Source: Eledone cirrhosa (lineage: Eukaryota). Taken from it: DNA of 64,000 nucleotides. Both the position numbers and the translations under genes were made by a program. Of the stretch, positions 24,401 through 38,900 are shown one piece after another (position 1 is the stretch's first letter; each line of letters begins with the position of its first letter). The DNA is taken from contig OZ024748.1 of assembly GCA_964016885.1 (NCBI GenBank), positions 37,448,001 to 37,512,000 on the forward strand, in the 5' to 3' direction. The notes beneath the pieces were generated by a model. It was not told the origin of the DNA. It made no database searches and saw only the letters and a program-made list of their open reading frames with translations.

Positions 24401-27400
24401 ATAGTATGACAATGTCAGTGTCAGTGTTAACTACCTCTAGATCTAGTATGACAATGTCAGTGTCAGTGTTAACTACCACAAGATCTAGTGTGACAATGTT
24501 AGTGTCAGTGTTAACTACCTCTAGATATAGTATGACAATGTCAGTGTCAGTGTTTACTACCTCTAGATCTAGTATGACAATGTTAGTGTCAGTGTTAACT
24601 ACCTCTAGATCTAGTGTGACAATGTTAGTGTCAGTGTTAACTACCTCTAGATATAGTATGACAATGTTAGTGTCAGTGTTAACTACCTCTAGATCTAGTA
24701 TGACAATGTTAGTGTCAGTGTTAACTACCTCTAGATCTAGTATGACAATGTTAGTGTCAGTGTTAACTACCTCTAGATCTAGTGTGACAATGTTAGTGTC
24801 AGTGTTAACTACCTCTAGATATAGTATGACAATGTCAGTGTCAGTGTTAACTACCTCTAGATCTAGTATGACAATGTCAGTGTCATGGTTAACTACCTCT
24901 AGATCTAGTGTGACAATGTTAGTGTCAGTGTTAACTACCACTAGATCTAGTATGACAATGTCAGTTTCAGTGTTAACTACCTCTAGATCTAGTATGACAA
25001 TGTTAGTGTCAGTGTTAACTACCACTAGATCTAGTATGACAATGTCAGTGTCAGGGTTAACTACCTCAAGATCTAGTGTGACAATGTTAGTGTCAGTGTT
25101 AACTACCTCTAGATCTAGTATGACAATGTTAGTGTCAGTGTTAACTACCACTAGATCTAGTATGACAATGTCAGTGTCAGGGTTAACTACCTCAAGATCT
25201 AGTGTGACAATGTCAGTGTCAGTGTTAACTACCTCTAGATCTAGTATGACAATGTCAGTGTCAGTGTTAACTACCTCTAGATCTAGTATGACAATGTTAG
25301 TGTCAGTGTTAACTACCTCTAGATCTAGTGTGACAATGTTAGTGTCAGTGTTAACTACCTCAAGATCTAGTGTGACAATGTTAGTGTCAGTGTTAACTAC
25401 CTCTAGTTATAGTATGACAATGTTAGTGTCAGTGTTAACTACCTGTAGATCTAGTATGACAATATCAGTGTCAGTGTTAACTACCTCTAGATCTAGTATG
25501 ACAATGTTAGTGACAGTGTTATCTACCTCTAGATCTAGTATGACAATGTCAGTGTCAGTGTTAACTACCTCTAGATCTAGTGGGACGATGTTAGTGTCAG
25601 TGTTAACTACCTGTAGATCTAGTATGACAATGTCAGTGTCAGGGTTAACTAGCTCTAGATCTAGTATGACAATGTTAGTGTCAGTGTTAACTACCACTAG
25701 ATCTAGTGTGACAATGTTAGTGTCAGTGTTAACTACCACTAGATCTAGTATGACAATGTCAGTGTCAGTGTTAACTACCTCTAGATCTAGTGTGACAATG
25801 TTAGTGTCAGTGTTAACTACCACTAGATCTAGTATGACAATGTCAGTGTCAGTGTTAACTACCTCTAGATCTAGTATGACAATGTTAGTGTCAGTGTTAA
25901 CTACCTCTAGATATAGTATGACAATGTCAGTGTCAGTGTTAACTACCTCTAGATCTAGTATGACAATGTCAGTGTCAGTGTTAACTACCACAAGATCTAG
26001 TGTGACAATGTTACTGTCAGTGTTAACTACCTCTATATATAGTATGACAATGTCAGTGTCAGTGTTTACCAACTCTAGATCTAGTATGACAATGTTAGTG
26101 TCAGTTTTAACTACCTCTAGATCTAGTGTGACAATGTTAGTGTCAGTGTTAACTACCTCTAGATATAGTATGACAATGTCAGTGTCAGTGTTTACTACCT
26201 CTAGATCTAGTATGACAATGTTAGTGTCAGTGTTAACTACCTCTAGATCTAGTGTGACAATGTTAGTGTCAGTGTTAACTACCTCTAGATATAGTATGAC
26301 AATGTCAGTGTCAGTGTTAACTACCTCTAGATCTAGTATGACAATGTCAGTGTCAGTGTTAACTACCTCTAGATCTAGTATGACAATGTTAGTGTCAGTG
26401 TTAACTACCTCTAGATCTAGTATGACAATGTTAGTGTCAGTGTTAACTACCTCTAGATCTAGTGTGACAATGTTAGTGTCAGTGTTAACTACCTCAAGAT
26501 CTAGTGTGACAATGTTAGTGTCAGTGTTAACTACCTCTAGTTATAGTATGACAATGTTAGTGTCAGTGTTAACTACCTGTAGATCTAGTATGACAATATC
26601 AGTGTCAGTGTTAACTACCTCTAGATCTAGTATGACAATGTTAGTGACAGTGTTATCTACCTCTAGATCTAGTATGACAATGTCAGTGTCAGTGTTAACT
26701 ACCTCTAGATCTAGTGGGACGATGTTAGTGTCAGTGTTAACTACCTGTAGATCTAGTATGACAATGTCAGTGTCAGGGTTAACTAGCTCTAGATCTAGTA
26801 TGACAATGTTAGTGTCAGTGTTAACTATCACTAGATCTAGTGTGACAATGTTAGTGTCAGTGTTAACTACCACTAGATCTAGTATGACAATGTCAGTGTC
26901 AGTGTTAACTACCTCTAGATCTAGTGTGACAATGTTAGTGTCAGTGTTAACTACCACTAGATCTAGTATGACAATGTCAGTGTCAGTGTTAACTACCTCT
27001 AGATCTAGTATGACAATGTTAGTGTCAGTGTTAACTACCTCTAGATATTGTATGACAATGTCAGTGTCAGTGTTAACTACCTCTAGATCTAGTATGACAA
27101 TGTCAGTGTCAGTGTTAACTACCACAAGATCTAGTGTGACAATGTTAGTGTCAGTGTTAACTACCTCTAGATATAGTATGACAATGTCAGTGTCAGTGTT
27201 TACCAACTCTAGATCTAGTATGACAATGTTAGTGTCAGTTTTAACTACCTCTAGATCTAGTGTGACAATGTTAGTGTCAGTGTTAACTACCTCTAGATAT
27301 AGTATGACAATGTCAGTGTCAGTGTTTACTACCTCTAGATCTAGTATGACAATGTTAGTGTCAGTGTTAACTACCTCTAGATCTAGTGTGACAATGTTAG

Positions 27401-28388
27401 TGTCAGTGTTAACTACCTCTAGATATAGTATGACAATGTCAGTGTCAGTGTTAACTACCTCTAGATCTAGTATGACAATGTCAGTGTCAGTGTTAACTAC
27501 CTCTAGATCTAGTATGACAATGTCAGTGTCAGTGTTAACTACCACTAGATCTAGTATGACAATGTCAGTGTCAGTGTTAACTACCACTATATCTAGTATG
27601 ACAATGTCAGAGTTTACTACCTCTAGATCTAGTATGACAATGTCAGTGTCAGTGTTAACTACCTCTATATCTAGTATGACAATGTCAGTGTCAGTGTTAA
27701 CTACCACTAGATCTAGTATGACAATGTCAGAGTTAACTACCTCTAGATCTAATATGACAATGTCAGTGTCAGTGTTAACTACCTCTAGATCTAGTGTGAC
27801 AATGTTAGTGTCAGTGTTAACTACCTCTAGATCTAGTATGACAATGTTAGTGTCAGTGTTAACTACCACTAGGTCTAGTATGACAATGTCAGTGTCAGTG
27901 TTAACTACCTCTAGATCTAGTATGACAATGTCAGTGTCAGTGTTAACTACCTCTAGATCTAGTATGACAATGTTAGTGTCAGTGTTAACTACCACTAGAT
28001 CTAGTATGACAATGTCATTGTCAGTGTTAACTACCTCTAGATCTAGTATGACAATGTTAGTGTCAGTGTTAACTACCTCTAGATCTAGTATGACAATGTT
28101 ACTGTCAGTGTTAACTACCTCTAGATCTAGTGTGACAATGTTAGTGTCAGTGTTAACTACCTCTAGATCTAGTATGACAATGTCAGTGTCAGTGTTAACT
28201 ACCTCTAGATCTAGTATGACAATGTCAGTGTCAGTGTTAACTACCTCTAGATCTAGTAAGACAATGTCAGTGTCAGTGTTAACTACCTCTAGATCTAGTA
28301 TGACAATATCAGTGTCAGTGTTAACTACCTCTAGATCTAGAAAGACAATGTCAGTGTCAGTGTTAACTACCTCTAGATCTAGTGTGAC
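18500..28388 (+). repeat. About 9.9-kb segmental duplication, copy 2 of 2186-11990
   Basis: Same markers as copy 1 at offsets 16314 and 16398. Private changes include CTCTAAAT 18787, ACGTTG 22324 and TCTTGA 22771. Confidence 0.9.
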
Positions 28389-31300
28389 AATGTCAGTGTC
28401 AGTGTTAACTACCTCTAGATCTAGTATGACAATGTCAGTGTCAGGGTTAACTACCTCAAGATCTAGTGTGACGATGTTAGTGTCAGTGTTAAATACCTCT
28501 AGATCTAGTATGACGATGTCAGTGTCAGTGTTAACTACCACAAGATCTAGTGTGACAATGTTAGTGTCAGTGTTAACTACCTCTAGATATAGTATGACAA
28601 TGTCAGTGTCAGTGTTTACTACCTCTAGATCTAGTATGACAATGTTAGTGTCAGTGTTAACTACCTCTAGATCTAGTGTGACAATGTTAGTGTCAGTGTT
28701 AACTACCTCTAGATATAGTGTGACAATGTTAGTGTCAGTGTTAACTACCACTAGATCTAGTGTGACAATGTTAGTGTCAGTGTTAACTACCTCTAGATAT
28801 AGTATGACAATGTCAGTGTCAGTGTTAACTACCTCTAGATCTAGTATGACAATGTCAGTGTCAGTGTTAACTACCACAAGATCTAGTGTGACAATGTTAG
28901 TGTCAGTGTTAACTACCTCTAGATATAGTATGACAATGTCAGTGTCAGTGTTTACTACCTCTAGATCTAGTATGACAATGTTAGTGTCAGTGTTAACTAC
29001 CTCTAGATCTAGTGTGACAATGTTAGTGTCAGTGTTAACTACCTCTAGATATAGTATGACAATGTTAGTGTCAGTGTTAACTACCTCTAGATCTAGTATG
29101 ACAATGTTAGTGTCAGTGTTAACTACCTCTAGATCTAGTATGACAATGTTAGTGTCAGTGTTAACTACCTCTAGATCTAGTGTGACAATGTTAGTGTCAG
29201 TGTTAACTACCTCTAGATATAGTATGACAATGTCAGTGTCAGTGTTAACTACCTCTAGATCTAGTATGACAATGTCAGTGTCATGGTTAACTACCTCTAG
29301 ATCTAGTGTGACAATGTTAGTGTCAGTGTTAACTACCACTAGATCTAGTATGACAATGTCAGTTTCAGTGTTAACTACCTCTAGATCTAGTATGACAATG
29401 TTAGTGTCAGTGTTAACTACCACTAGATCTAGTATGACAATGTCAGTGTCAGGGTTAACTACCTCAAGATCTAGTGTGACAATGTTAGTGTCATGTTAAC
29501 TACCTCTAGATCTAGTATGACAATGTTAGTGTCAGTGTTAACTACCACTAGATCTAGTATGACAATGTCAGTGTCAGGGTTAACTACCTCAAGATCTAGT
29601 GTGACAATGTCAGTGTCAGTGTTAACTACCTCTAGATCTAGTATGACAATGTCAGTGTCAGTGTTAACTACCTCTAGATCTAGTATGACAATGTTAGTGT
29701 CAGTGTTAACTACCTCTAGATCTAGTGTGACAATGTTAGTGTCAGTGTTAACTACCTCAAGATCTAGTGTGACAATGTTAGTGTCAGTGTTAACTACCTC
29801 TAGATCTAGTGTGACAATGTTAGTGTCAGTGTTAACTACCACTAGATCTAGTATGACAATGTCAGTGTCAGTGTTAACTACCTCTAGATCTAGTATGACA
29901 ATGTTAGTGTCAGTGTTAACTACCTCTAGATATAGTATGACAATGTCAGTGTCAGTGTTAACTACCTCTAGATCTAGTATGACAATGTCAGTGTCAGTGT
30001 TAACTACCACAAGATCTAGTGTGACAATGTTAGTGTCAGTGTTAACTACCTCTAGATATAGTATGACAATGTCAGTGTCAGTGTTTACCAACTCTAGATC
30101 TAGTATGACAATGTTAGTGTCAGTTTTAACTACCTCTAGATCTAGTGTGACAATGTTAGTGTCAGTGTTAACTACCTCTAGATATAGTATGACAATGTCA
30201 GTGTCAGTGTTTACTACCTCTAGATCTAGTATGACAATGTTAGTGTCAGTGTTAACTACCTCTAGATCTAGTGTGACAATGTTAGTGTCAGTGTTAACTA
30301 CCTCTAGATATAGTATGACAATGTCAGTGTCAGTGTTAACTACCTCTAGATCTAGTATGACAATGTCAGTGTCAGGGTTAACTACCTCTAGATCTAGTAT
30401 GACAATGTTAGTGTCAGTGTTAACTACCTCTAGATCTAGTGTGACAATGTTAGTGTCAGTGTTAACTACCTCTAGATATAGTGTGACAATGTTAGTGTCA
30501 GTGTTAACTACCACTAGATCTAGTGTGACAATGTTAGTGTCAGTGTTAACTACCTCTAGATATAGTATGACAATGTCAGTGTCAGTGTTAACTACCTCTA
30601 GATCTAGTATGACAATGTCAGTGTCAGTGTTAACTACCACAAGATCTAGTGTGACAATGTTAGTGTCAGTGTTAACTACCTCTAGATATAGTATGACAAT
30701 GTCAGTGTCAGTGTTTACTACCTCTAGATCTAGTATGACAATGTTAGTGTCAGTGTTAACTACCTCTAGATCTAGTGGGACGATGTTAGTGTCAGTGTTA
30801 ACTACCTCTAGATATAGTATGACAATGTTAGTGTCAGTGTTAACTACCTCTAGATCTAGTATGACAATGTTAGTGTCAGTGTTAACTACCTCTAGATCTA
30901 GTATGACAATGTTAGTGTCAGTGTTAACTACCTCTAGATCTAGTGTGACAATGTTAGTGTCAGTGTTAACTACCTCTAGATATAGTATGACAATGTCAGT
31001 GTCAGTGTTAACTACCTCTAGATCTAGTATGACAATGTCAGTGTCATGGTTAACTACCCCTAGATCTAGTGTGACAATGTTAGTGTCAGTGTTAACTACC
31101 ACTAGATCTAGTATGACAATGTCAGTTTCAGTGTTAACTACCTCTAGATCTAGTATGACAATGTTAGTGTCAGTGTTAACTACCACTAGATCTAGTATGA
31201 CAATGTCAGTGTCAGGGTTAACTACCTCAAGATCTAGTGTGACAATGTTAGTGTCAGTGTTAACTACCTCTAGATCTAGTATGACAATGTTAGTGTCAGT

Positions 31301-34300
31301 GTTAACTACCACTAGATCTAGTATGACAATGTCAGTGTCAGGGTTAACTACCTCAAGATCTAGTGTGACAATGTCAGTGTCAGTGTTAACTACCTCTAGA
31401 TCTAGTATGACAATGTCAGTGTCAGTGTTAACTACCTCTAGATCTAGTATAACAATGTTAGTGTCAGTGTTAACTACCTCTAGATCTAGTATGACAATGT
31501 TAGTGTCAGTGTTAACTACCTCTAGATCTAGTGTGACAATGTTAGTGTCAGTGTTAACTACCTCAAGATCTAGTGTGACAATGTTAGTGTCAGTGTTAAC
31601 TACCTCTAGTTATAGTATGACAATGTTAGTGTCAGTGTTAACTACCTGTAGATCTAGTATGACAATATCAGTGTCAGTGTTAACTACCTCTAGATCTAGT
31701 ATGACAATGTTAGTGACAGTGTTATCTACCTCTAGATCTAGTATGACAATGTCAGTGTCAGTGTTAACTACCTCTAGATCTAGTGGGACGATGTTAGTGT
31801 CAGTGTTAACTACCTGTAGATCTAGTATGACAATGTCAGTGTCAGGGTTAACTAGCTCTAGATCTAGTATGACAATGTTAGTGTCAGTGTTAACTACCAC
31901 TAGATCTAGTGTGACAATGTTAGTGTCAGTGTTAACTACCACTAGATCTAGTATGACAATGTCAGTGTCAGTGTTAACTACCTCTAGATCTAGTGTGACA
32001 ATGTTAGTGTCAGTGTTAACTACCACTAGATCTAGTATGACAATGTCAGTGTCAGTGTTAACTACCTCTAGATCTAGTATGACAATGTTAGTGTCAGTGT
32101 TAACTACCTCTAGATATAGTATGACAATGTCAGTGTCAGTGTTAACTACCTCTAGATCTAGTATGACAATGTCAGTGTCAGTGTTAACTACCACAAGATC
32201 TAGTGTGACAATGTTAGTGTCAGTGTTAACTACCTCTAGATATAGTATGACAATGTCAGTGTCAGTGTTTACCAACTCTAGATCTAGTATGACAATGTTA
32301 GTGTCAGTTTTAACTACCTCTAGATCTAGTGTGACAATGTTAGTGTCAGTGTTAACTACCTCTAGATATAGTATGACAATGTCAGTGTCAGTGTTAACTA
32401 CCTCTAGATCTAGTATGACAATGTCAGTGTCAGTGTTAACTACCTCTAGATCTAGTATGACAATGTCAGTGTCAGTGTTAACTACCACTAGATCTAGTAT
32501 GACAATGTCAGTGTCAGTGTTAACTACCACTATATCTAGTATGACAATGTCAGAGTTTACTACCTCTAGATCTAGTATGACAATGTCAGTGTCAGTGTTA
32601 ACTACCTCTATATCTAGTATGACAATGTCAGTGTCAGTGTTAACTACCACTAGATCTAGTATGACAATGTCAGAGTTAACTACCTCTAGATCTAATATGA
32701 CAATGTCAGTGTCAGTGTTAACTACCTCTAGATCTAGTGTGACAATGTTAGTGTCAGTGTTAACTACCTCTAGATCTAGTATGACAATGTTAGTGTCAGT
32801 GTTAACTACCACTAGGTCTAGTATGACAATGTCAGTGTCAGTGTTAACTACCTCTAGATCTAGTATGACAATGTCAGTGTCAGTGTTAACTACCTCTAGA
32901 TCTAGTATGACAATGTTAGTGTCAGTGTTAACTACCACTAGATCTAGTATGACAATGTCATTGTCAGTGTTAACTACCTCTAGATCTAGTATGACAATGT
33001 TAGTGTCAGTGTTAACTACCTCTAGATCTAGTATGACAATGTTACTGTCAGTGTTAACTACCTCTAGATCTAGTGTGACAATGTTAGTGTCAGTGTTAAC
33101 TACCTCTAGATCTAGTATGACAATGTCAGTGTCAGTGTTAACTACCTCTAGATCTAGTATGACAATGTCAGTGTCAGTGTTAACTACCTCTAGATCTAGT
33201 AAGACAATGTCAGTGTCAGTGTTAACTACCTCTAGATCTAGTATGACAATATCAGTGTCAGTGTTAACTACCTCTAGATCTAGTAAGACAATGTCAGTGT
33301 CAGTGTTAACTACCTCTAGATCTAGTGTGACAATGTCAGTGTCAGTGTTAACTACCTCTAGATCTAGTATGACAATGTCAGTGTCAGGGTTAACTACCTC
33401 AAGATCTAGTGTGACGATGTTAGTGTCAGTGTTAAATACCTCTAGATCTAGTATGACGATGTCAGTGTCAGTGTTAACTACCACAAGATCTAGTGTGACA
33501 ATGTTAGTGTCAGTGTTAACTACCTCTAGATATAGTATGACAATGTCAGTGTCAGTGTTTACTACCTCTAGATCTAGTATGACAATGTTAGTGTCAGTGT
33601 TAACTACCTCTAGATCTAGTGTGACAATGTTAGTGTCAGTGTTAACTACCTCTAGATATAGTGTGACAATGTTAGTGTCAGTGTTAACTACCACTAGATC
33701 TAGTGTGACAATGTTAGTGTCAGTGTTAACTACCTCTAGATATAGTATGACAATGTCAGTGTCAGTGTTAACTACCTCTAGATCTAGTATGACAATGTCA
33801 GTGTCAGTGTTAACTACCACAAGATCTAGTGTGACAATGTTAGTGTCAGTGTTAACTACCTCTAGATATAGTATGACAATGTCAGTGTCAGTGTTTACTA
33901 CCTCTAGATCTAGTATGACAATGTTAGTGTCAGTGTTAACTACCTCTAGATCTAGTGTGACAATGTTAGTGTCAGTGTTAACTACCTCTAGATATAGTAT
34001 GACAATGTTAGTGTCAGTGTTAACTACCTCTAGATCTAGTATGACAATGTTAGTGTCAGTGTTAACTACCTCTAGATCTAGTATGACAATGTTAGTGTCA
34101 GTGTTAACTACCTCTAGATCTAGTGTGACAATGTTAGTGTCAGTGTTAACTACCTCTAGATATAGTATGACAATGTCAGTGTCAGTGTTAACTACCTCTA
34201 GATCTAGTATGACAATGTCAGTGTCATGGTTAACTACCTCTAGATCTAGTGTGACAATGTTAGTGTCAGTGTTAACTACCACTAGATCTAGTATGACAAT

Positions 34301-34745
34301 GTCAGTTTCAGTGTTAACTACCTCTAGATCTAGTATGACAATGTTAGTGTCAGTGTTAACTACCACTAGATCTAGTATGACAATGTCAGTGTCAGGGTTA
34401 ACTACCTCAAGATCTAGTGTGACAATGTTAGTGTCATGTTAACTACCTCTAGATCTAGTATGACAATGTTAGTGTCAGTGTTAACTACCACTAGATCTAG
34501 TATGACAATGTCAGTGTCAGGGTTAACTACCTCAAGATCTAGTGTGACAATGTCAGTGTCAGTGTTAACTACCTCTAGATCTAGTATGACCATGTCAGTG
34601 TCAGTGTTAACTACCTCTAGATCTAGTATGACAATGTTAGTGTCAGTGTTAACTACCTCTAGATCTAGTGTGACAATGTTAGTGTCAGTGTTAACTACCT
34701 CAAGATCTAGTGTGACAATGTTAGTGTCAGTGTTAACTACCTCTA
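26400..34745 (+). repeat. Duplicated pair, about 26.4-29.8 kb versus 31.5-34.7 kb (offset 5069, then 4943)
   Basis: AGTTAT 26539/31608 (5069); AGTTT within the GAGTTT 36-mer 27611/32554; TCATTG 28015/32958; -1 deletion TCATGTTAAC 29493/34436 (4943). Boundaries are approximate. Confidence 0.8.
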
Positions 34746-35940
34746 GTTATAGTATGACAATGTTAGTGTCAGTGTTAACTACCTGTAGATCTAGTATGAC
34801 AATATCAGTGTCAGTGTTAACTACCTCTAGATCTAGTATGACAATGTTAGTGACAGTGTTATCTACCTCTAGATCTAGTATGACAATGTCAGTGTCAGTG
34901 TTAACTACCTCTAGATCTAGTGGGACGATGTTAGTGTCAGTGTTAACTACCTGTAGATCTAGTATGACAATGTCAGTGTCAGGGTTAACTAGCTCTAGAT
35001 CTAGTAAGACAATGTTAGTGTCAGTGTTAACTACCACTAGATCTAGTGTGACAATGTTAGTGTCAGTGTTAACTACCACTAGATCTAGTATGACAATGTC
35101 AGTGTCAGTGTTAACTACCTCTAGATCTAGTGTGACAATGTTAGTGTCAGTGTTAACTACCACTAGATCTAGTATGACAATGTCAGTGTCAGTGTTAACT
35201 ACCTCTAGATCTAGTATGACAATGTTAGTGTCAGTGTTAACTACCTCTAGATATAGTATGACAATGTCAGTGTCAGTGTTAACTACCTCTAGATCTAGTA
35301 TGACAATGTCAGTGTCAGTGTTAACTACCACAAGATCTAGTGTGACAATGTTAGTGTCAGTGTTAACTACCTCTAGATATAGTATGACAATGTCAGTGTC
35401 AGTGTTTACCAACTCTAGATCTAGTATGACAATGTTAGTGTCAGTTTTAACTACCTCTAGATCTAGTGTGACAATGTTAGTGTCAGTGTTAACTACCTCT
35501 AGATATAGTATGACAATGTCAGTGTCAGTGTTTACTACCTCTAGATCTAGTATGACAATGTTAGTGTCAGTGTTAACTACCTCTAGATCTAGTGTGACAA
35601 TGTTAGTGTCAGTGTTAACTACCTCTAGATATAGTATGACAATGTCAGTGTCAGTGTTAACTACCTCTAGATCTAGTATGACAATGTCAGTGTCAGGGTT
35701 AACTACCTCAAGATCTAGTGTGACGATGTTAGTGTCAGTGTTAACTACCTCTAGATATAGTATGACAATGTCAGTGTCAGTGTTAACTACCTCTAGATCT
35801 AGTATGACAATGTCAGTGTCAGGGTTAACTACCTCAAGATCTAGTGTGACGATGTTAGTGTCAGTGTTAAATACCTCTAGATCTAGTATGACGATGTCAG
35901 TGTCAGTGTTAACTACCACAAGATCTAGTGTGACAATGTT

Positions 35941-38900
35941 AGTGTCAGTGTTAACTACCTCTAGATATAGTATGACAATGTCAGTGTCAGTGTTTACTAC
36001 CTCTAGATCTAGTATGACAATGTTAGTGTCAGTGTTAACTACCTCTAGATCTAGTGTGACAATGTTAGTGTCAGTGTTAACTACCTCTAGATATAGTGTG
36101 ACAATGTTAGTGTCAGTGTTAACTACCACTAGATCTAGTGTGACAATGTTAGTGTCAGTGTTAACTACCTCTAGATATAGTATGACAATGTCAGTGTCAG
36201 TGTTAACTACCTCTAGATCTAGTATGACAATGTCAGTGTCAGTGTTAACTACCACAAGATCTAGTGTGACAATGTTAGTGTCAGTGTTAACTACCTCTAG
36301 ATATAGTATGACAATGTCAGTGTCAGTGTTTACTACCTCTAGATCTAGTATGACAATGTTAGTGTCAGTGTTAACTACCTCTAGATCTAGTGTGACAATG
36401 TTAGTGTCAGTGTTAACTACCTCTAGATATAGTATGACAATGTTAGTGTCAGTGTTAACTACCTCTAGATCTAGTATGACAATGTTAGTGTCAGTGTTAA
36501 CTACCTCTAGATCTAGTATGACAATGTTAGTGTCAGTGTTAACTACCTCTAGATCTAGTGTGACAATGTTAGTGTCAGTGTTAACTACCTCTAGATATAG
36601 TATGACAATGTCAGTGTCAGTGTTAACTACCTCTAGATCTAGTATGACAATGTCAGTGTCATGGTTAACTACCCCTAGATCTAGTGTGACAATGTTAGTG
36701 TCAGTGTTAACTACCACTAGATCTAGTATGACAATGTCAGTTTCAGTGTTAACTACCTCTAGATCTAGTATGACAATGTTAGTGTCAGTGTTAACTACCA
36801 CTAGATCTAGTATGACAATGTCAGTGTCAGGGTTAACTACCTCAAGATCTAGTGTGACAATGTTAGTGTCAGTGTTAACTACCTCTAGATCTAGTATGAC
36901 AATGTTAGTGTCAGTGTTAACTACCACTAGATCTAGTATGACAATGTCAGTGTCAGGGTTAACTACCTCAAGATCTAGTGTGACAATGTCAGTGTCAGTG
37001 TTAACTACCTCTAGATCTAGTATGACAATGTCAGTGTCAGTGTTAACTACCTCTAGATCTAGTATAACAATGTTAGTGTCAGTGTTAACTACCTCTAGAT
37101 CTAGTATGACAATGTTAGTGTCAGTGTTAACTACCTCTAGATCTAGTGTGACAATGTTAGTGTCAGTGTTAACTACCTCAAGATCTAGTGTGACAATGTT
37201 AGTGTCAGTGTTAACTACCTCTAGTTATAGTATGACAATGTTAGTGTCAGTGTTAACTACCTGTAGATCTAGTATGACAATATCAGTGTCAGTGTTAACT
37301 ACCTCTAGATCTAGTATGACAATGTTAGTGACAGTGTTATCTACCTCTAGATCTAGTATGACAATGTCAGTGTCAGTGTTAACTACCTCTAGATCTAGTG
37401 GGACGATGTTAGTGTCAGTGTTAACTACCTGTAGATCTAGTATGACAATGTCAGTGTCAGGGTTAACTAGCTCTAGATCTAGTATGACAATGTTAGTGTC
37501 AGTGTTAACTACCACTAGATCTAGTGTGACAATGTTAGTGTCAGTGTTAACTACCACTAGATCTAGTATGACAATGTCAGTGTCAGTGTTAACTACCTCT
37601 AGATCTAGTGTGACAATGTTAGTGTCAGTGTTAACTACCACTAGATCTAGTATGACAATGTCAGTGTCAGTGTTAACTACCTCTAGATCTAGTATGACAA
37701 TGTTAGTGTCAGTGTTAACTACCTCTAGATATAGTATGACAATGTCAGTGTCAGTGTTAACTACCTCTAGATCTAGTATGACAATGTCAGTGTCAGTGTT
37801 AACTACCACAAGATCTAGTGTGACAATGTTAGTGTCAGTGTTAACTACCTCTAGATATAGTATGACAATGTCAGTGTCAGTGTTTACCAACTCTAGATCT
37901 AGTATGACAATGTTAGTGTCAGTTTTAACTACCTCTAGATCTAGTGTGACAATGTTAGTGTCAGTGTTAACTACCTCTAGATATAGTATGACAATGTCAG
38001 TGTCAGTGTTTACTACCTCTAGATCTAGTATGACAATGTCAGTGTCAGTGTTAACTACCTCTAGATCTAGTATGACAATGTCAGTGTCAGTGTTAACTAC
38101 CACTAGATCTAGTATGACAATGTCAGTGTCAGTGTTAACTACCACTATATCTAGTATGACAATGTCAGAGTTAACTACCTCTAGATCTAGTATGACAATG
38201 TCAGTGTCAGTGTTAACTACCTCTATATCTAGTATGACAATGTCAGTGTCAGTGTTAACTACCACTAGATCTAGTATGACAATGTCAGAGTTAACTACCT
38301 CTAGATCTAATATGACAATGTCAGTGTCAGTGTTAACTACCTCTAGATCTAGTGTGACAATGTTAGTGTCAGTGTTAACTACCTCTAGATCTAGTATGAC
38401 AATGTTAGTGTCAGTGTTAACTACCACTAGGTCTAGTATGACAATGTCAGTGTCAGTGTTAACTACCTCTAGATCTAGTATGACAATGTCAGTGTCAGTG
38501 TTAACTACCTCTAGATCTAGTATGACAATGTTAGTGTCAGTGTTAACTACCACTAGATCTAGTATGACAATGTCAGTGTCAGTGTTAACTACCTCTAGAT
38601 CTAGTATGACAATGTTAGTGTCAGTGTTAACTACCTCTAGATCTAGTATGACAATGTTACTGTCAGTGTTAACTACCTCTAGATCTAGTGTGACAATGTT
38701 AGTGTCAGTGTTAACTACCTCTAGATCTAGTATGACAATGTCAGTGTCAGTGTTAACTACCTCTAGATCTAGTATAACAATGTCAGTGTCAGTGTTAACT
38801 ACCTCTAGTTCTAGTAAGACAATGTCAGTGTCAGTGTTAACTACCTCTAGATCTAGTATGACAATATCAGTGTCAGTGTTAACTACCTCTAGATCTAGTA

